A stretch of DNA of 64,000 nt. Origin: Octopus bimaculoides (lineage: Eukaryota). Below the pieces are notes generated by a model that was given only the letters and a program-made list of their open reading frames with translations, was not told where the DNA came from and did no database searches. Shown piece after piece: positions 51,861-64,000 of the stretch. Each line of letters opens with the position of its first letter. The stretch's first letter is position 1. The translations under genes and the position numbers were made by a program. Where the stretch lies: the NCBI RefSeq assembly GCF_001194135.2, contig NC_068981.1, forward strand, positions 166,122,073-166,186,072, given 5' to 3'.

Positions 51861-51918
51861 GAGGGTCGCTATGAACAGCAGTGGCACCCTTCAAAACTGT
51901 AATTCTTTTCAGGCTTAC

Positions 51919-51970
<52 letters not shown>

Positions 51971-52372
51971 ACATACATACATACATACATACAAAAATAC
52001 ATATACATACAAACATGTATGTATGTATGTATGTATGTATGAGTGTATGTATGTATATAAAATATCAGCAGCAAAAACTTGCACTATCAACAATGGAGTA
52101 TCATTCTCAGTATACCAAACCTCATTAATATTTAAATACTATAAGGCAGCAAACTGGTAGAATTGTTAGCACCCAGCAGCCAACATGCTTGGTGGCATTT
52201 TGTCCAGCTTTATGTTCTGAGTTCAAATTCCATTGAGGTTATCTTTGCCTTTCATCCTTTCAGGGTCGATAAAAAAAGTACCAGATGAGCACTGGGATGG
52301 ATGTAATTGACTTACTCTCTCCCCACAAATTGCTGGCCTTGTACCAATATTTGTCTGTTTTTCTCTCTATCT

Positions 52373-52466
<94 letters not shown>

Positions 52467-53028
52467 CTTACAGTTAGGAAGTGGATTTAGCTTTTGGAGA
52501 GATGATTGGACATGAGATGGAAGGATGAGTGGGGACAGATTTGTAGTGGGGACACAGATTGTTTCATGTTGGGTAGAACAGAAGTTGGTGTGCAACACTG
52601 GAGGAGATACTGAGTAGAGTATATCAATGCAGCACTGGTCAGCTAGACAGCTGTGTCCACTATTTAAATATTGGTTTCAAATGTTAGTACAAGATCAGCA
52701 ATTTCAGGGGAAGAGTAAGTCAATTAGATTGACCCCAGTATTCAACTGGTAATTATTTTATCGACCCTGAAAGGATGAAAGGCAAAAATGACCACGGCAG
52801 AATTTGAACTCAGAAAGAACATAAAGATGGATGAAATGCCACTGAACATTTTGCCTGGGTGCTAACAATTCCACCAGCTTGTTGTCTTACAGTATTTGAA
52901 TATTAATGAGGTTTGGTATACTGTGAACAATACTCTATTGTTGATAGTGAGGACCTTCACTGATGACATTTAACATACATATATGTATGTATGTTTGTAT
53001 GTATATGTATATGGATAGGTAGATAGAC

Positions 53029-53061
<33 letters not shown>

Positions 53062-54379
53062 CATTTCTTTTATTAGCCACACAGGGCTCAACAAAGATGG
53101 GACAAATACAATGTAGAGCTTTTCTTTTTGGGAGGGGGNNNNNNNNNNNNNNNNNNNNNNNNNNNNNNNNNNNNNNNNNNNNNNNNNNNNNNNNNNNNNN
53201 NNNNNNNNNNNNNNNNNNNNNNNNNNNNNNNNNNNNNNNNNNNNNNNNNNNNNNNNNNNNNNNNNNNNNNNNNNNNNNNNNNNNNNNNNNNNNNNNNNNN
53301 NNNNNNNNNNNNNNNNNNNNNNNNNNNNNNNNNNNNNNNNNNNNNNNNNNNNNNNNNNNNNNNNAAAAAAGGGGGGTGTCGATCAAAAGGGATCGTAGGA
53401 AGGGAAAAAGGGGGGAGTTCGATCAAAAGGGGTCGAGAAAAAAAAAAAAAAGCGATCAATAGGGATCGTGTATCACAGTAATGTTCTCGTGTAAAAAGAG
53501 GGGAGGACAGTTTAGGTTTAGCCGTGGAAAGAAAAGCCTACGGAAAAGACCACGGTAACCTTGGTCAATATTGTCATTGAAGAAACTATAACAGTAAGTG
53601 ACTCTCTTTTGCCTTTTTGTTTTTTTTTTTCTAGTTCATAGGGTTATGCTCAAGATGGCTCCGTCATTCACAGATAGATAGATATGTAGGTAGGTAACTG
53701 TATTGTATATGGAGAGACAAAGAAAAAGTGAGACAGTGTTTATATCTTACACACACGGTCACATGATGAACACACATACACCCACACATACAGCACGCAC
53801 GCACACGCGCCCACACACACACGCACACACAAATCACTTGGATACATACACTAATTGAAAATATTAACTGAAAACCAACATTTGCTTTTAATTACAACTA
53901 CATAAATACTATAAATCATATAAATGAAAGTGGAGCCAAGCAAACACTTAGGTATTTAAAGGCTCTGTAGTAAGTCAGCATAATAAAACCAAACAAACTA
54001 ATGACTTTCTAAGAAAACTCTCTAAAACCTTATTTGCTATAGTACACAAGGGTGATAGTTGGTTAGGGTGTTCTTTTTCTTTAATAATAATAACAACAAC
54101 AATAACAATAATAATCCTTTCTACTGTAGGATCAAAGCCTGGATTTTGGAGGAGTTAAGTTGATTACATCAACCCCAGTGTTTCACTGGTACCTAATTTA
54201 TCAACCCTGAAAGGATGAAAGGCAATGTCGACCTTAGAGAATTTGAACTCAGAGCATGGTGGCAAACAAAATACCACTAAGCATTTTTCCCAGTGTGCTA
54301 ACGATTCTGCCAGCTCACTGCCTTATAATAATAATAAAGAAAACTAATACAAAGGAAAACTAATACAAATAGCCACAAA

Positions 54380-55376
54380 ACACAAGCAAAACAAAAAACT
54401 GTTTTCAGTATTTAAGGAAACTGACAAATACAAACAAGAAATCATACTACCTAACAAATATGAAGAAGATGAAACAACAAAAGCTATAAAACAAATGAAA
54501 TCCAAACTAAAACTAGAATAGCAATGGACCATGATAAAATGATGGCAAGAAAAGCCCCTTCATGGCAAATACTGGGCTAAACTAAATGCAAAAGAAATAG
54601 ACAGAGAAAAATCCCAGCAATGGTTGAGAAGCTCAGGACTCAAAGCAGAGACTGAAGGATTTTTAATTACTGCACAAGACCAAAGCCTCCCCACCAGAAA
54701 TTACCAAAACCATATAATGAAANNNNNNNNNNNNNNNNNNNNNNNNNNNNNNNNNNNNNNNNNNNNNNNNNNNNNNNNNNNNNNNNNNNNNNNNNNNNNN
54801 NNNNNNNNNNNNNNNNNNNNNNNNNNNNNNNNNNNNNNNNNNNNNNNNNNNNNNNNNNNNNNNNNNNNNNNNNNNNNNNNNNNNNNNNNNNNNNNNNNNN
54901 NNNNNNNNNNNNNNNNNNNNNNNNNNNNNNNNNNNNNNNNNNNNNNNNNNNNNNNNNNNNNNNNNNNNNNNNNNNNNNNNNNNNNNNNNNNNNNNNNNNN
55001 NNNNNNNNNNNNNNNNNNNNNNNNNNNNNNNNNNNNNNNNNNNNNNNNNNNNNNNNNNNNNNNNNNNNNNNNNNNNNNNNNNNNNNNNNNNNNNNNNNNN
55101 NNNNNNNNNNNNNNNNNNNNNNNNNNNNNNNNNNNNNNNNNNNNNNNNNNNNNNNNNNNNNNNNNNNNNNNNNNNNNNNNNNNNNNNNNNNNNNNNNNNN
55201 NNNNNNNNNNNNNNNNNACATACAGAAAATTGCACTACAGGGCACTGCACACATCCTACGCAAAACACTTTCAATACAGTAACCATAAGAGCATCACAGC
55301 AAACCACAGCACATATCCAAGGCACACAGAGCTGCGCTCGGTAGTGAAGTGAAAGCACGCTATAAAAATAAAACTA

Positions 55377-55377
<1 letters not shown>
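54380..55377 (+). mobile_element. 5'-truncated R4/Dong-like LINE with (TAA)n tail (gap 54723-55217 inside)
   Basis: WQEKPLHGKY...WLRSSGLKAETEGFLITAQDQSLPTRNY is characteristic of R4/Dong ORFs; (TAA)n follows. Confidence 0.75.
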
Positions 55378-55435
<58 letters not shown>

Positions 55436-55436
<1 letters not shown>

Positions 55437-55991
55437 GCCTTTTGACAAAACTCGTTCAGACAGCAAATGTAGAATCTGTAGGATAGGAGGCAAAAGTATT
55501 AGTCACCTTTTCAGTGAGTACAGTATACTAGCACAATAGGAGCATAAGCACAGACATGATTGTGTGAGCAAAAGAGTGCACTTACTGTTAGCTGAGTGTG
55601 TGACTTCAAAACAACAGAAATGTGGTATGAACATGAACTGGAAGCTGTAATAGAAAATTAGAACTACAAGATTTTGTGGGATTTCCCCATAAAGCCTGAC
55701 CATACTATTGAAGCAAGATGACCAGATGTGGTTATAGAGGACAAAATATAAAGACAGTGTAAGATCATAGATTTTGCAGTTCCCTATGATAGCAAAATTG
55801 ATGCCAAGAAATTGAAAAAATTGAGAAATATTGGTATTTAACTACAGCGCTGAGGAGACTGGAAGACCAAGACAACAATTATTCCTATAGTAATTGGTAT
55901 AATTGACACAACACCCATAATGCTACCTATAACAAGTCCTAAAACAAATACCAAGATAAAATACCTGCTGACTAAATTAGTATGCACTAGC

Positions 55992-55992
<1 letters not shown>
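55436..55992 (+). mobile_element. Second, older 5'-truncated R4/Dong-like LINE (CCHC knuckle plus RLE endonuclease)
   Basis: DSKCRIC..., KILWDFPIKPDHTIEAR*PDVVI, IIDFAVPYDSKID, IIPIVIG; many stops; followed by a long (TAA)n. Confidence 0.75.
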
Positions 55993-56057
<65 letters not shown>

Positions 56058-56099
56058 GTAATAGTAATAATAATAATAATAATAATAATAGTAATAGTA

Positions 56100-56130
<31 letters not shown>

Positions 56131-56171
56131 TAGTAATAGTAATAATAATAATAATAATAATAGTAATAGTA

Positions 56172-56225
<54 letters not shown>

Positions 56226-56261
56226 GTAATAATAATAATAATAATAATAATAGTAATAGTA

Positions 56262-56303
<42 letters not shown>

Positions 56304-56305
56304 GT
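55993..56305. repeat. Compound (TAA)n/(TAG)n microsatellite, about 310 bp
   Basis: Read directly. Other microsatellites include (GT)n 15315-15357, (AAG)n ~35845-35885, (GGT)n ~43340-43390, (GATA)n ~49780-49850, (TC)n ~52370-52470, (AG)n ~58508-58580. Confidence 0.97.
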
Positions 56306-56523
56306 AATGGTTTCTAAATTTGGCAAAAGGCCAGCAATTTTAGGGGAATGGGTAAGTCAATATCATCAACTTTAGTGCCTAACTGGTGCTTATTTTATTG
56401 ATTCCAAAATGAGGAAAAGCAAAGTCAATCTTGATGGGATTTGAACTCAGACTGTAAAGAGCTGAAAGAAATGTCACTAAGCATTTTGTTCAATGTGCTA
56501 ATAATTCTGCCAGCTTGCAATCT

Positions 56524-56597
<74 letters not shown>

Positions 56598-58487
56598 AAT
56601 CCTGTTGATTTCAATGTATGAATGTTTGAAGGAGAGGAAAAAAAAAAGAAGGGCAGATGTGAGAGACCAGATCTGGCTAGTTCTAACATAAAACATCTAG
56701 AATAATTAAACCAAATAAGGCTGGTTTAAACGCTAAAGGCTTAATCAAAGGTGCTCCAATCATCATCAGACATTTCAGACACAATGTACACAGGACTAGA
56801 TTATCCATGTTTCTAACCTCATCCCCCTTTTTTTCTCTTTATAGGAGGGACTGAATTTAAAGAAGATATGACTGTTAGTTTTAACGTATCAGACAACTAC
56901 ATAAAGCTTCCTTCATTATTTGTTTTCAAAAGAAATCTGTCTCTCTTATGCAGTTATGAGATAGTAGAGTTCCTCTTGTCAAATAACATATTGAACCCTA
57001 AAAAGTAGCATATTGAACCCGAAAAAGTTAATTTGTTATTTTCTCCTTTTGATATCTTAATTTCCATAAAATATTTCTCAGTGAGTTGAAAGTATTTGCT
57101 GATTTGAGAATCTGTATTCCAACTTCCTTCATTACATGCCCTCTTAATGATATTTTAATTTCCTTGAGAAATGTAGCAAGATTTAGGGAGGATATCAATT
57201 TCTTTAATAAACTGAAGGCCCGAAATTTAGATTTGAGACTAAATCCTGTATGATGTTCATGACTTCCTTAAGAGCCAATGGGAAGAGCAATGGAAAAAAA
57301 CAAGTAAAGTGAATTGATTAGTGCTGAGGATAAAAGCCAGACTCAGTTACTGAGCATTTTAACTCTATTGTTTGACATTTACCACAATTTACCTTTGTCT
57401 TCTACACTCACCCTATAAAAGAACCTCTGTATGGATGCTCAACCCACTAGAAATGCAGCCTAATTTCTCTCAGATTACAACCTACAGTCTTAAATAAATG
57501 TAGGATGGTCACAGCTGAAATGCTTTTGAGCATAGATTTTACCTGCCAGACCCAACTTAGGACTAAACAGTTAGTTATCCTAATTTAACTCTCTTTTACT
57601 ATGCTCATAATGTTCTGTCCCTTCTCTATTATACTCACCATAATTGACTGCTATTCTTCATCAGTTTCTCGAATTAAATTTTATTCTTCTATACCAATTC
57701 TAACTGATCCCTTTTCTGCTAGATCTACTACAAATACCTCTATCCTTCAATCTTCACTCCGGCTTATCTTTCCCTACTACACTCATCACAACTGGCTATT
57801 GTCCTACAACACTCCCATAATTTACTTCACTTCTGTTTAATTACACTCACCCTAATTTGTGGTGAGTGTAGAATATTAGAGATTGGAATCTCCAATCTTC
57901 TACATTCACCACAATTAATCTCTATTCTACTTCACTATCTTAACCTCTTTTTTCACTAATTTTACCACAATTTATCTCTGTTTTACTACTTCACAATTGA
58001 CATCCTGTTAAGGATGGAGTGTTGTAGATGGAAACTGAAGGAAGCCTAAGAAGTTTGCTTCCCAACCACACAGTTCTGGATTCAGTCCCAGTGTGGAACC
58101 TTAGGCAAGTGTCTTCTACTATAGCCTCAGGCTGACCAAAGCCTTGTGAGAGGTTTTGGTAGATGGAAACTGAAGGAAGCCTGGTGTGTCTGTGTTTGTG
58201 CTCTACTACTACTTCACAACTGGTGTTGGTGTGTTTACATTCCTGTAAATTAGTGGTTCAGCAACAGAGATCAATAGAATAAGTACCAGACTTTAAAAAA
58301 AGTACTGGGTTTACACACACACAGAGTGTTTGTTGCAATTTTTTCTACATTTGCTCTGTATATCATAACTAGTAATACTTCTAAGTATAGTAATTATTCA
58401 ACCACTATACTGGAAGTAGACTGGATGATGGAGCTCTGAATTTAAAACTAGCAATCATACATCTATCTGAATATACAAGGTTCTGTA

Positions 58488-58582
<95 letters not shown>

Positions 58583-58919
58583 ACTGCTCAACAACTGGTG
58601 TTGGTTTGTTTATAACCTCTGTAACTTAGCGATTTGACAAAAGAGACCAATAGAATAAGCACTGGACTTTAAAAAATAAGTACTAGGGGGTCAATTCATT
58701 CAATTAGACTCTTCAAAGTGATACCCTAGCACAGCTGCAATCTAATGGCTGAAACTATAAGAAGATAAAATATAATGATATACAGATTATATCTGTGACT
58801 ATATAATTAAAAAAAATGTCCATACCTAAGTAAAAATAAAAATTCTAAATTATAGATAATCCATATTTATACCTAATTATAGTTATTACTTTATGGTGTG
58901 TTGTTGCTTTTAAGCTATG

Positions 58920-59345
58920 AAGAAAGTGTTGAGCCGGCAGAATCATTATCGTGCTTAGTGGCATTTTGTCCTTCTTCACATTCTGAGGTCAACTTTGCCT
59001 TTCATCCTTTTGGGGTCAATAAATTAAGTGCCAGTGAAACACTTGGGTCAATGTAATTGACTAGTTCCCTTCCCCAAAATTTCAGGCCTTGTGCCTTTAT
59101 TAGAAAGGATTATTAAGCTATGTAAGGTGGTGAACTGGCAGAACTGTTACTGTGCCAGACAAAATGCTTAGTAGCATTTCTCCCAACTTAACATTCTGAG
59201 TTCAAATTCTGTCATGGTGGACTTAGCTTTTCATCCTTTTGGAATCAATAAAACCAGTGAAGTATCGGGATCAATATAATCAACTAGCTTCCTCCCACAA
59301 AATGTCGGGCCTTGTGTCTTCAGTATAAAGGGTTATTAAGCTATG
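58920..59345 (+). mobile_element. Head-to-tail pair of family C SINEs (Nin/Deu-like domain)
   Basis: Motif ACTTTGCCTTTCATCCTTTTGGGGTCAATAAA..AGT(A/G)CCAG in both copies. Other approximate copies: 17185-17340, 17820-18020, 20200-20450, 27380-27530, 30660-30760, 35690-36480 (several), 38040-38230, 52140-52360, 52670-52890, 54110-54330, 56305-56525. Confidence 0.8.
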
Positions 59346-61483
59346 TAAAAACAGAGTTGAGGTTGCTGACATATATATAACACAAATGAAAAGTTAACAG
59401 AGTTGAAAAGTAACATTATGTTTTTATTATTATTGTTATGTAGCCATCAGATCAACCCTAACTGAACAAACATTTGATAAAAGACATTCAAACCATGATT
59501 ACATTATCCGTGAGGTTGTCATGAGAACTCAGCGGAAATTGCGAGGCTTAGTCATATGTTATATAACCATACATATATATGGCAATTAACAATATGACAC
59601 AGACAAGCATGGTTGAATAGTTAAGAAATCCACTTTGCAATCATGAAGTTACATGTCTGATTCTATTGCATAATATTTGGGGCAAATCATTTACAAAGCC
59701 TGGATTAAACTAAGCCTTGTAAGTAAAACTGGAAAATAAAATATTTGGAAGAACCTGTCAGATGGATTGTATCAATAATCCAAAGGGCCAGACTTGTCTC
59801 ACATCATTATGGTGATTCTCACTGAGAATTATATAAAGGGTATATGTATCTGTGAATTATTTGGCCACTATCCACAAGTGTGAGCCCTGTGAATTAGTGT
59901 GGCTGTTCAAATGCAACTCCCTCACCATCTTCTGGAACAACATCTTTTCTACTGTGTCTGCTGGGATCATGAGGCAGTTTGAATCATAGAGAATCAAGAC
60001 AATGTAAGAATTTTATAGCTTAAAATAATTGTCATTGAAGATTGCTTCCTGTGTGTTATCAGTGTTCTTTTTTGCTCTTTCCTTGGTCACCTACTTAGCT
60101 TGATCTCTGTCAACTGTCACTGACTTTACCATTCTATTTATCTTCTGTTGAATGTGTAAGCCATTCCATTGGTTGAACATTTGGAAGACTCATTGTCAAA
60201 ACCAATAGGGATTCATTTATTATATATAGCAATGTTATATCTGCTACAAGGCAGTGATAAGAAGAACAATGTGGACAGGAAGTGGTTTCCGGATGTTGCA
60301 GCTCTGGAAAAGTAGCACATTAGGTGATATGATTTTATACATGATTTATAAGATGAGATATGAGCATCAAACATAATTAAGCTAGTACAGAATGAGCAAA
60401 TTCAGAAAACAAATGACCATTGTAAATCAGATGTGACAAACAGAAGGCACGGCTCTACAATGTCTAGTGGGTGTAGAATGCAATTGTCTGCATCTTAGAT
60501 GATGGTGATGATGATGATGATGATGATCATCATCATCATCAACATCATCATCATCACCATCGTCATCATTATAATCATAATCATCATTTAATGACTGTTA
60601 ACATATCTTAGATATAGTCAATATTGTCAGCTTTATTCTAATATAAAACATGACTTAGACATTCACAGCATTCTAAAAGTTCAACATTTAAACTTTTCAA
60701 CTATTATATCAACACCTGTCATATTTGAATGTTAAATATTCATTTTCTGGTAACATAAATAATATTTTACAAATTGCTTTGTTTCAAGTATTTTACAATC
60801 ATTTATTTATTTATTTTCATTGTCTGAATTTTTGTAAATTTATACATTTGAAAGAATTGTAACACTAAATTTTCTTGTTGAGTGACCTCTAACTGCCAAT
60901 CAATCAAATCATCAGGTAGAAGTTGAATCTGTGACATTTAGCCAACTTGGATCGAGTGAAGTTATGTGCTTTCTGTATGCCCACAAAACACAATGATCAT
61001 AGTATGTTTTTAGCTCATAATCTCAAAGTTAAAATACTGGAATAAATGACTGGCCCACATGGTCTAAATTCCACATACTGTTACTCCATCTTCTCAGAAA
61101 TTCAGTTTTCTCTGATATTTTTGTAAATACACAAAACATTCCACCTTCAAAAAGAAAACTTTATGAGTTAAGTCTCTACTTAAATATGATGAGATTTTAA
61201 TGAATCCTAAATGAAAGATTTTTTTTTTAATTATAAAATTGAAAGATTTTCATGCATAATTAATAACTGTGTTTCCTGTCAAATTTCCTTTTTAATTTAA
61301 CTTCAAAATTAAAGATTTTAATTCTAAATTGCTACTAACCTTGCCAATAGATTGTAGAAGAAATTTTATGCAGGGTGAAAGAATGCATCCTGGATCTTTC
61401 TGAATTGGCGGGCACCACTTTCAAACTTGGGATACTGGTAGAATGTGTCATATAAAACATCTTTTTCTCTTAGCCTTCTTAAC

Positions 61484-61832
61484 AAAAATTTCTACATTGC
61501 AAGTTATTTCATGTTAACGTTGTCGTATTTCTGTAATTTCAACCAATCACTGACGTCTATTCAGCTGAATACAATTACTGCTGTTTTTGTAAACAATAAT
61601 TTTTGCTGGTGTCAAGGTCGTTATTCCTTGTTAATTATATCGTTATTCCCTAGTAAGGGTTTAGAGTTAGGGTTCGGGTTTTAGACTTAGGGTTAGGGTT
61701 TTAGGGTTAGGGTTAGGGTTATGAGTTATAGGGTTTTAGGGTTAGGGTTAGCGTTAAGGTTAGGGTTATTGGTTGAAATTACCGAAATACGACAATTTTT
61801 CACATGAAATAACTTCGAATACAAAAATTTTT
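61484..61832. mobile_element. MITE-like element: about 65-bp imperfect inverted repeats enclosing a degenerate (TTAGGG)n tract
   Basis: 61484-61547 pairs with 61768-61832 (e.g. GTTGTCGTATTTCTGTAATTTCAACCAAT vs ATTGGTTGAAATTACCGAAATACGACAAT; AAGTTATTTCATGT vs ACATGAAATAACTT). Confidence 0.75.
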
Positions 61833-61959
61833 ATCTGTTCTATAACACAATATACAAGTATACGAAGTTTGAAAATGTTTCGGCACCAAAAACACTACAT
61901 AAAACATATATGAAAAGTGGTGCCTGTCAATTCAGAAAGATCCAAGAAACTTACGTAAT

Positions 61960-62955
61960 ATATGCAGAATGAATTTTATTAAACCAAATAATAGTATCTA
62001 CACATTTTTGCCAACAAGAAACAAAGTTCATTACTTCAGTAGCACAGAATTCTGAAGTCCTGGAAATGATGATTTCTTTTAAGGTATTTTGAGCTGCTGC
62101 CTAGTTGCTGAAAACCTTCAGAAAATATTGAGAGGCTTGAAAAAATAGTAGTCAATAGAAAAGAGGTCTGGGGAGTAAATTGGGTGAAATTGGGTTTCAT
62201 GGGCCAGTTCATTTAAGTTCTGTAGGGTCTTTTTTGAGAAATATGGTTAGGCACTATCATGGATTTGGTTCTTTTCCATTGATCAATATCAGATGTAAAC
62301 ATTACAATTCTTGGTGGATTTATCAACTTCCTGGTAATCTTTCTCTGTTGTGGTGGCTTCACAAGGATTAAAGAAGTACAAGTGGCTAATTTTATTTGCC
62401 AACCATAATCCCTCTTCTTTTGGTGCAGTTTTGATTTGGGAAAGAGTTTTGGCACTTCCCCTTTGTTCAGCCACTGCACAGGATGCTGTGAGTTGTGTAG
62501 AATCTATTTTCCCTCAGATGTCACAAGAACTGGATCATGTTTGTTATATTATAGAAATGCAGAGCAAACATCATAACAGCGAATTCTTTTCCTGTTTTTC
62601 TTCAGCTAATGTAACAATCATTTATTGAGCTATTTTGACTTTCCAGCATGGTGCAAAAGTCAACAACTTTTGAAGTATCAACATTTAGTGCTTCTGCAAT
62701 CTGTCGAGTTTATAGGTCCACTTAAAAAATAACCTTCAATTAGTTGTTGTCAATCACAGAAAGTCATTCATAACCTTCTCTGTCTTGAAGACTCTCATCT
62801 CCACTTTGCAAGTTTTGGAACCAATATTGAGCCGTATATCCATTGATGGCTTCTGGAAAAATTTCTGGTTGATATTGCAACCAGTTTCCACAGCTTTACA
62901 TTCCATTTTGAACTCATACAATAAAATTGCTTGAATTTCTTTACTTTTTCTCCAT
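61960..62955 (-). mobile_element. Decayed mariner transposase (Hsmar1/cecropia-like type)
   Basis: ATG at 62955; AILLYEFKMECKAVET, QYWFQNLQSGDESLQD, QWLNKGEVPKLFPKSKLHQKK, VSCWQKCVD; many stops. Confidence 0.8.
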
Positions 62956-64000
62956 ATTTAATCTTACAGCCTCAAATAAACATAAGTAAATAGGAAAAGC
63001 AAAACCATTATCCTCACTTAATAGACTGGAATCTGCACTTCAAAACTGTTTATTACATGGGCAAAAATGATTCCAAAATAAGCATGGAAATTTAAAATAA
63101 CAAAGTTGTAGTTACTACCAACTTAACACGCACACACACACACACACACACCCACAACATCAGGAAGCAAACAATATTAGTGCTATTTTAAAAATTAATT
63201 CCCTGCAGTTGTTTCGATAATTTTTACATATGATCATAATAACATCAATAATATTTATATGTTTATATGATAATATAATTATACAGAATGTACGAACCAC
63301 ATTTTCAACAATTTTTCAAGATATTGATATTTCAAAGCATCTTTGAAAATGGGATTCATAAGTCCTGTATAATTATATTATAATATAAATATAAAATTCT
63401 GGTTGGTGCTATCATATGTAAGGATTATTGAAACATCTGTAGAAAATGAATATTTGAAATCTCACTGATATTGCTTTCTGTTATGTTTCCGAATGTAATT
63501 TCTTCTCTGCATCCAATATAACCAGTTCCACACTATATGCAACATTCTACTTGATAGTGCATTGAAGTTGTGAATTTTTGGATTTTAACATGCTCTAAAT
63601 TTATAGTTGTTCAAGTGTTTAAGTACCATATTGGGAAGTTGTATATATTGTTCAAATGTTTAAGTATCAAACTGGAAAGTTTTCCCAAGGCAAAAAACAT
63701 CAGGTTCTTTTGTAGTTTTGAGATGGACAAATGTTATTAGTAATGATCATCATCATCATCATCATCGTTTAACGTCCGCTTTCCATGCTAGCATGGGTTG
63801 GACGACTTGACTGAGGACTGGTGAAACCGGATGGCAACACCAGGCTCCAATCTAAATTTGGCAGAGTTTCTACAGCTGGATGCCCTTCCTAACGCCAACC
63901 ACTCAGAGAGTGTAGTAGGTGCTTTTACGTGTCACCTGCACGAAGGCCAGTCAGGCGATACTGGCAACGGCCACGCTCGAAATGGTGTCTTTTATGTGCC

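Noticed and set aside
15167-55358. Long ORFs made mostly of X (15.2-15.8, 18.8-19.7, 28.5-29.6, 53.0-53.5, 54.6-55.4 kb)
   Set aside because: Artefacts of N-gaps lacking stop codons; only the 54624 ORF start has real (retroelement) coding signal.
55838-56375. Poly-Ile/Thr/Val ORFs and other low-complexity ORFs (CV-, HT-, ER-, S-, R-, L-rich)
   Set aside because: Translations of microsatellites with no coding context.
61655-61767. TTAGGG tract as a true chromosome end or fusion site
   Set aside because: Short, degenerate, single orientation, internal, and enclosed by inverted repeats.
29524-64000. A second host protein-coding gene upstream of ASPM
   Set aside because: Every recognisable ORF was transposon-derived or low complexity. 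Small exons of a large-intron gene cannot be excluded without RNA data.

Overview
Eukaryotic, AT-rich, microsatellite- and SINE-dense sequence with scaffold N-gaps. The repeat families suggest a cephalopod, probably Octopus (inference from recalled repeat consensus, not checked). One protein-coding gene is supported: ASPM (abnormal spindle-like microcephaly-associated) on the minus strand. I reconstructed 16 phase-consistent coding exons from 24348 down to the window edge (about 2000 codons: low-complexity N-terminal region, CH-domain region, first IQ motif, IQ array continuing beyond position 1). The most unusual part is an about 2.2-kb in-frame exon (4486-2322) between the first IQ motif and the IQ array. 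It encodes a non-IQ region with a tandem 12-aa repeat ([12 protein letters not shown]). Other notable items: a GC-AG intron; no visible N-terminal ASH domain; a Penelope-type minimal hammerhead ribozyme motif with a one-base core insertion in an ASPM intron (18709-18748); a TIR-flanked TTAGGG tract (61.5-61.8 kb); stacked R4/Dong-like LINE fragments at (TAA)n. From about 29.5 to 64 kb I found no convincing host gene, only decayed transposons (mariner, RTE, CR1-like, Gypsy gag, R4/Dong), MITEs, SINEs and microsatellites. No prokaryotic features such as CRISPR arrays or operons are present.
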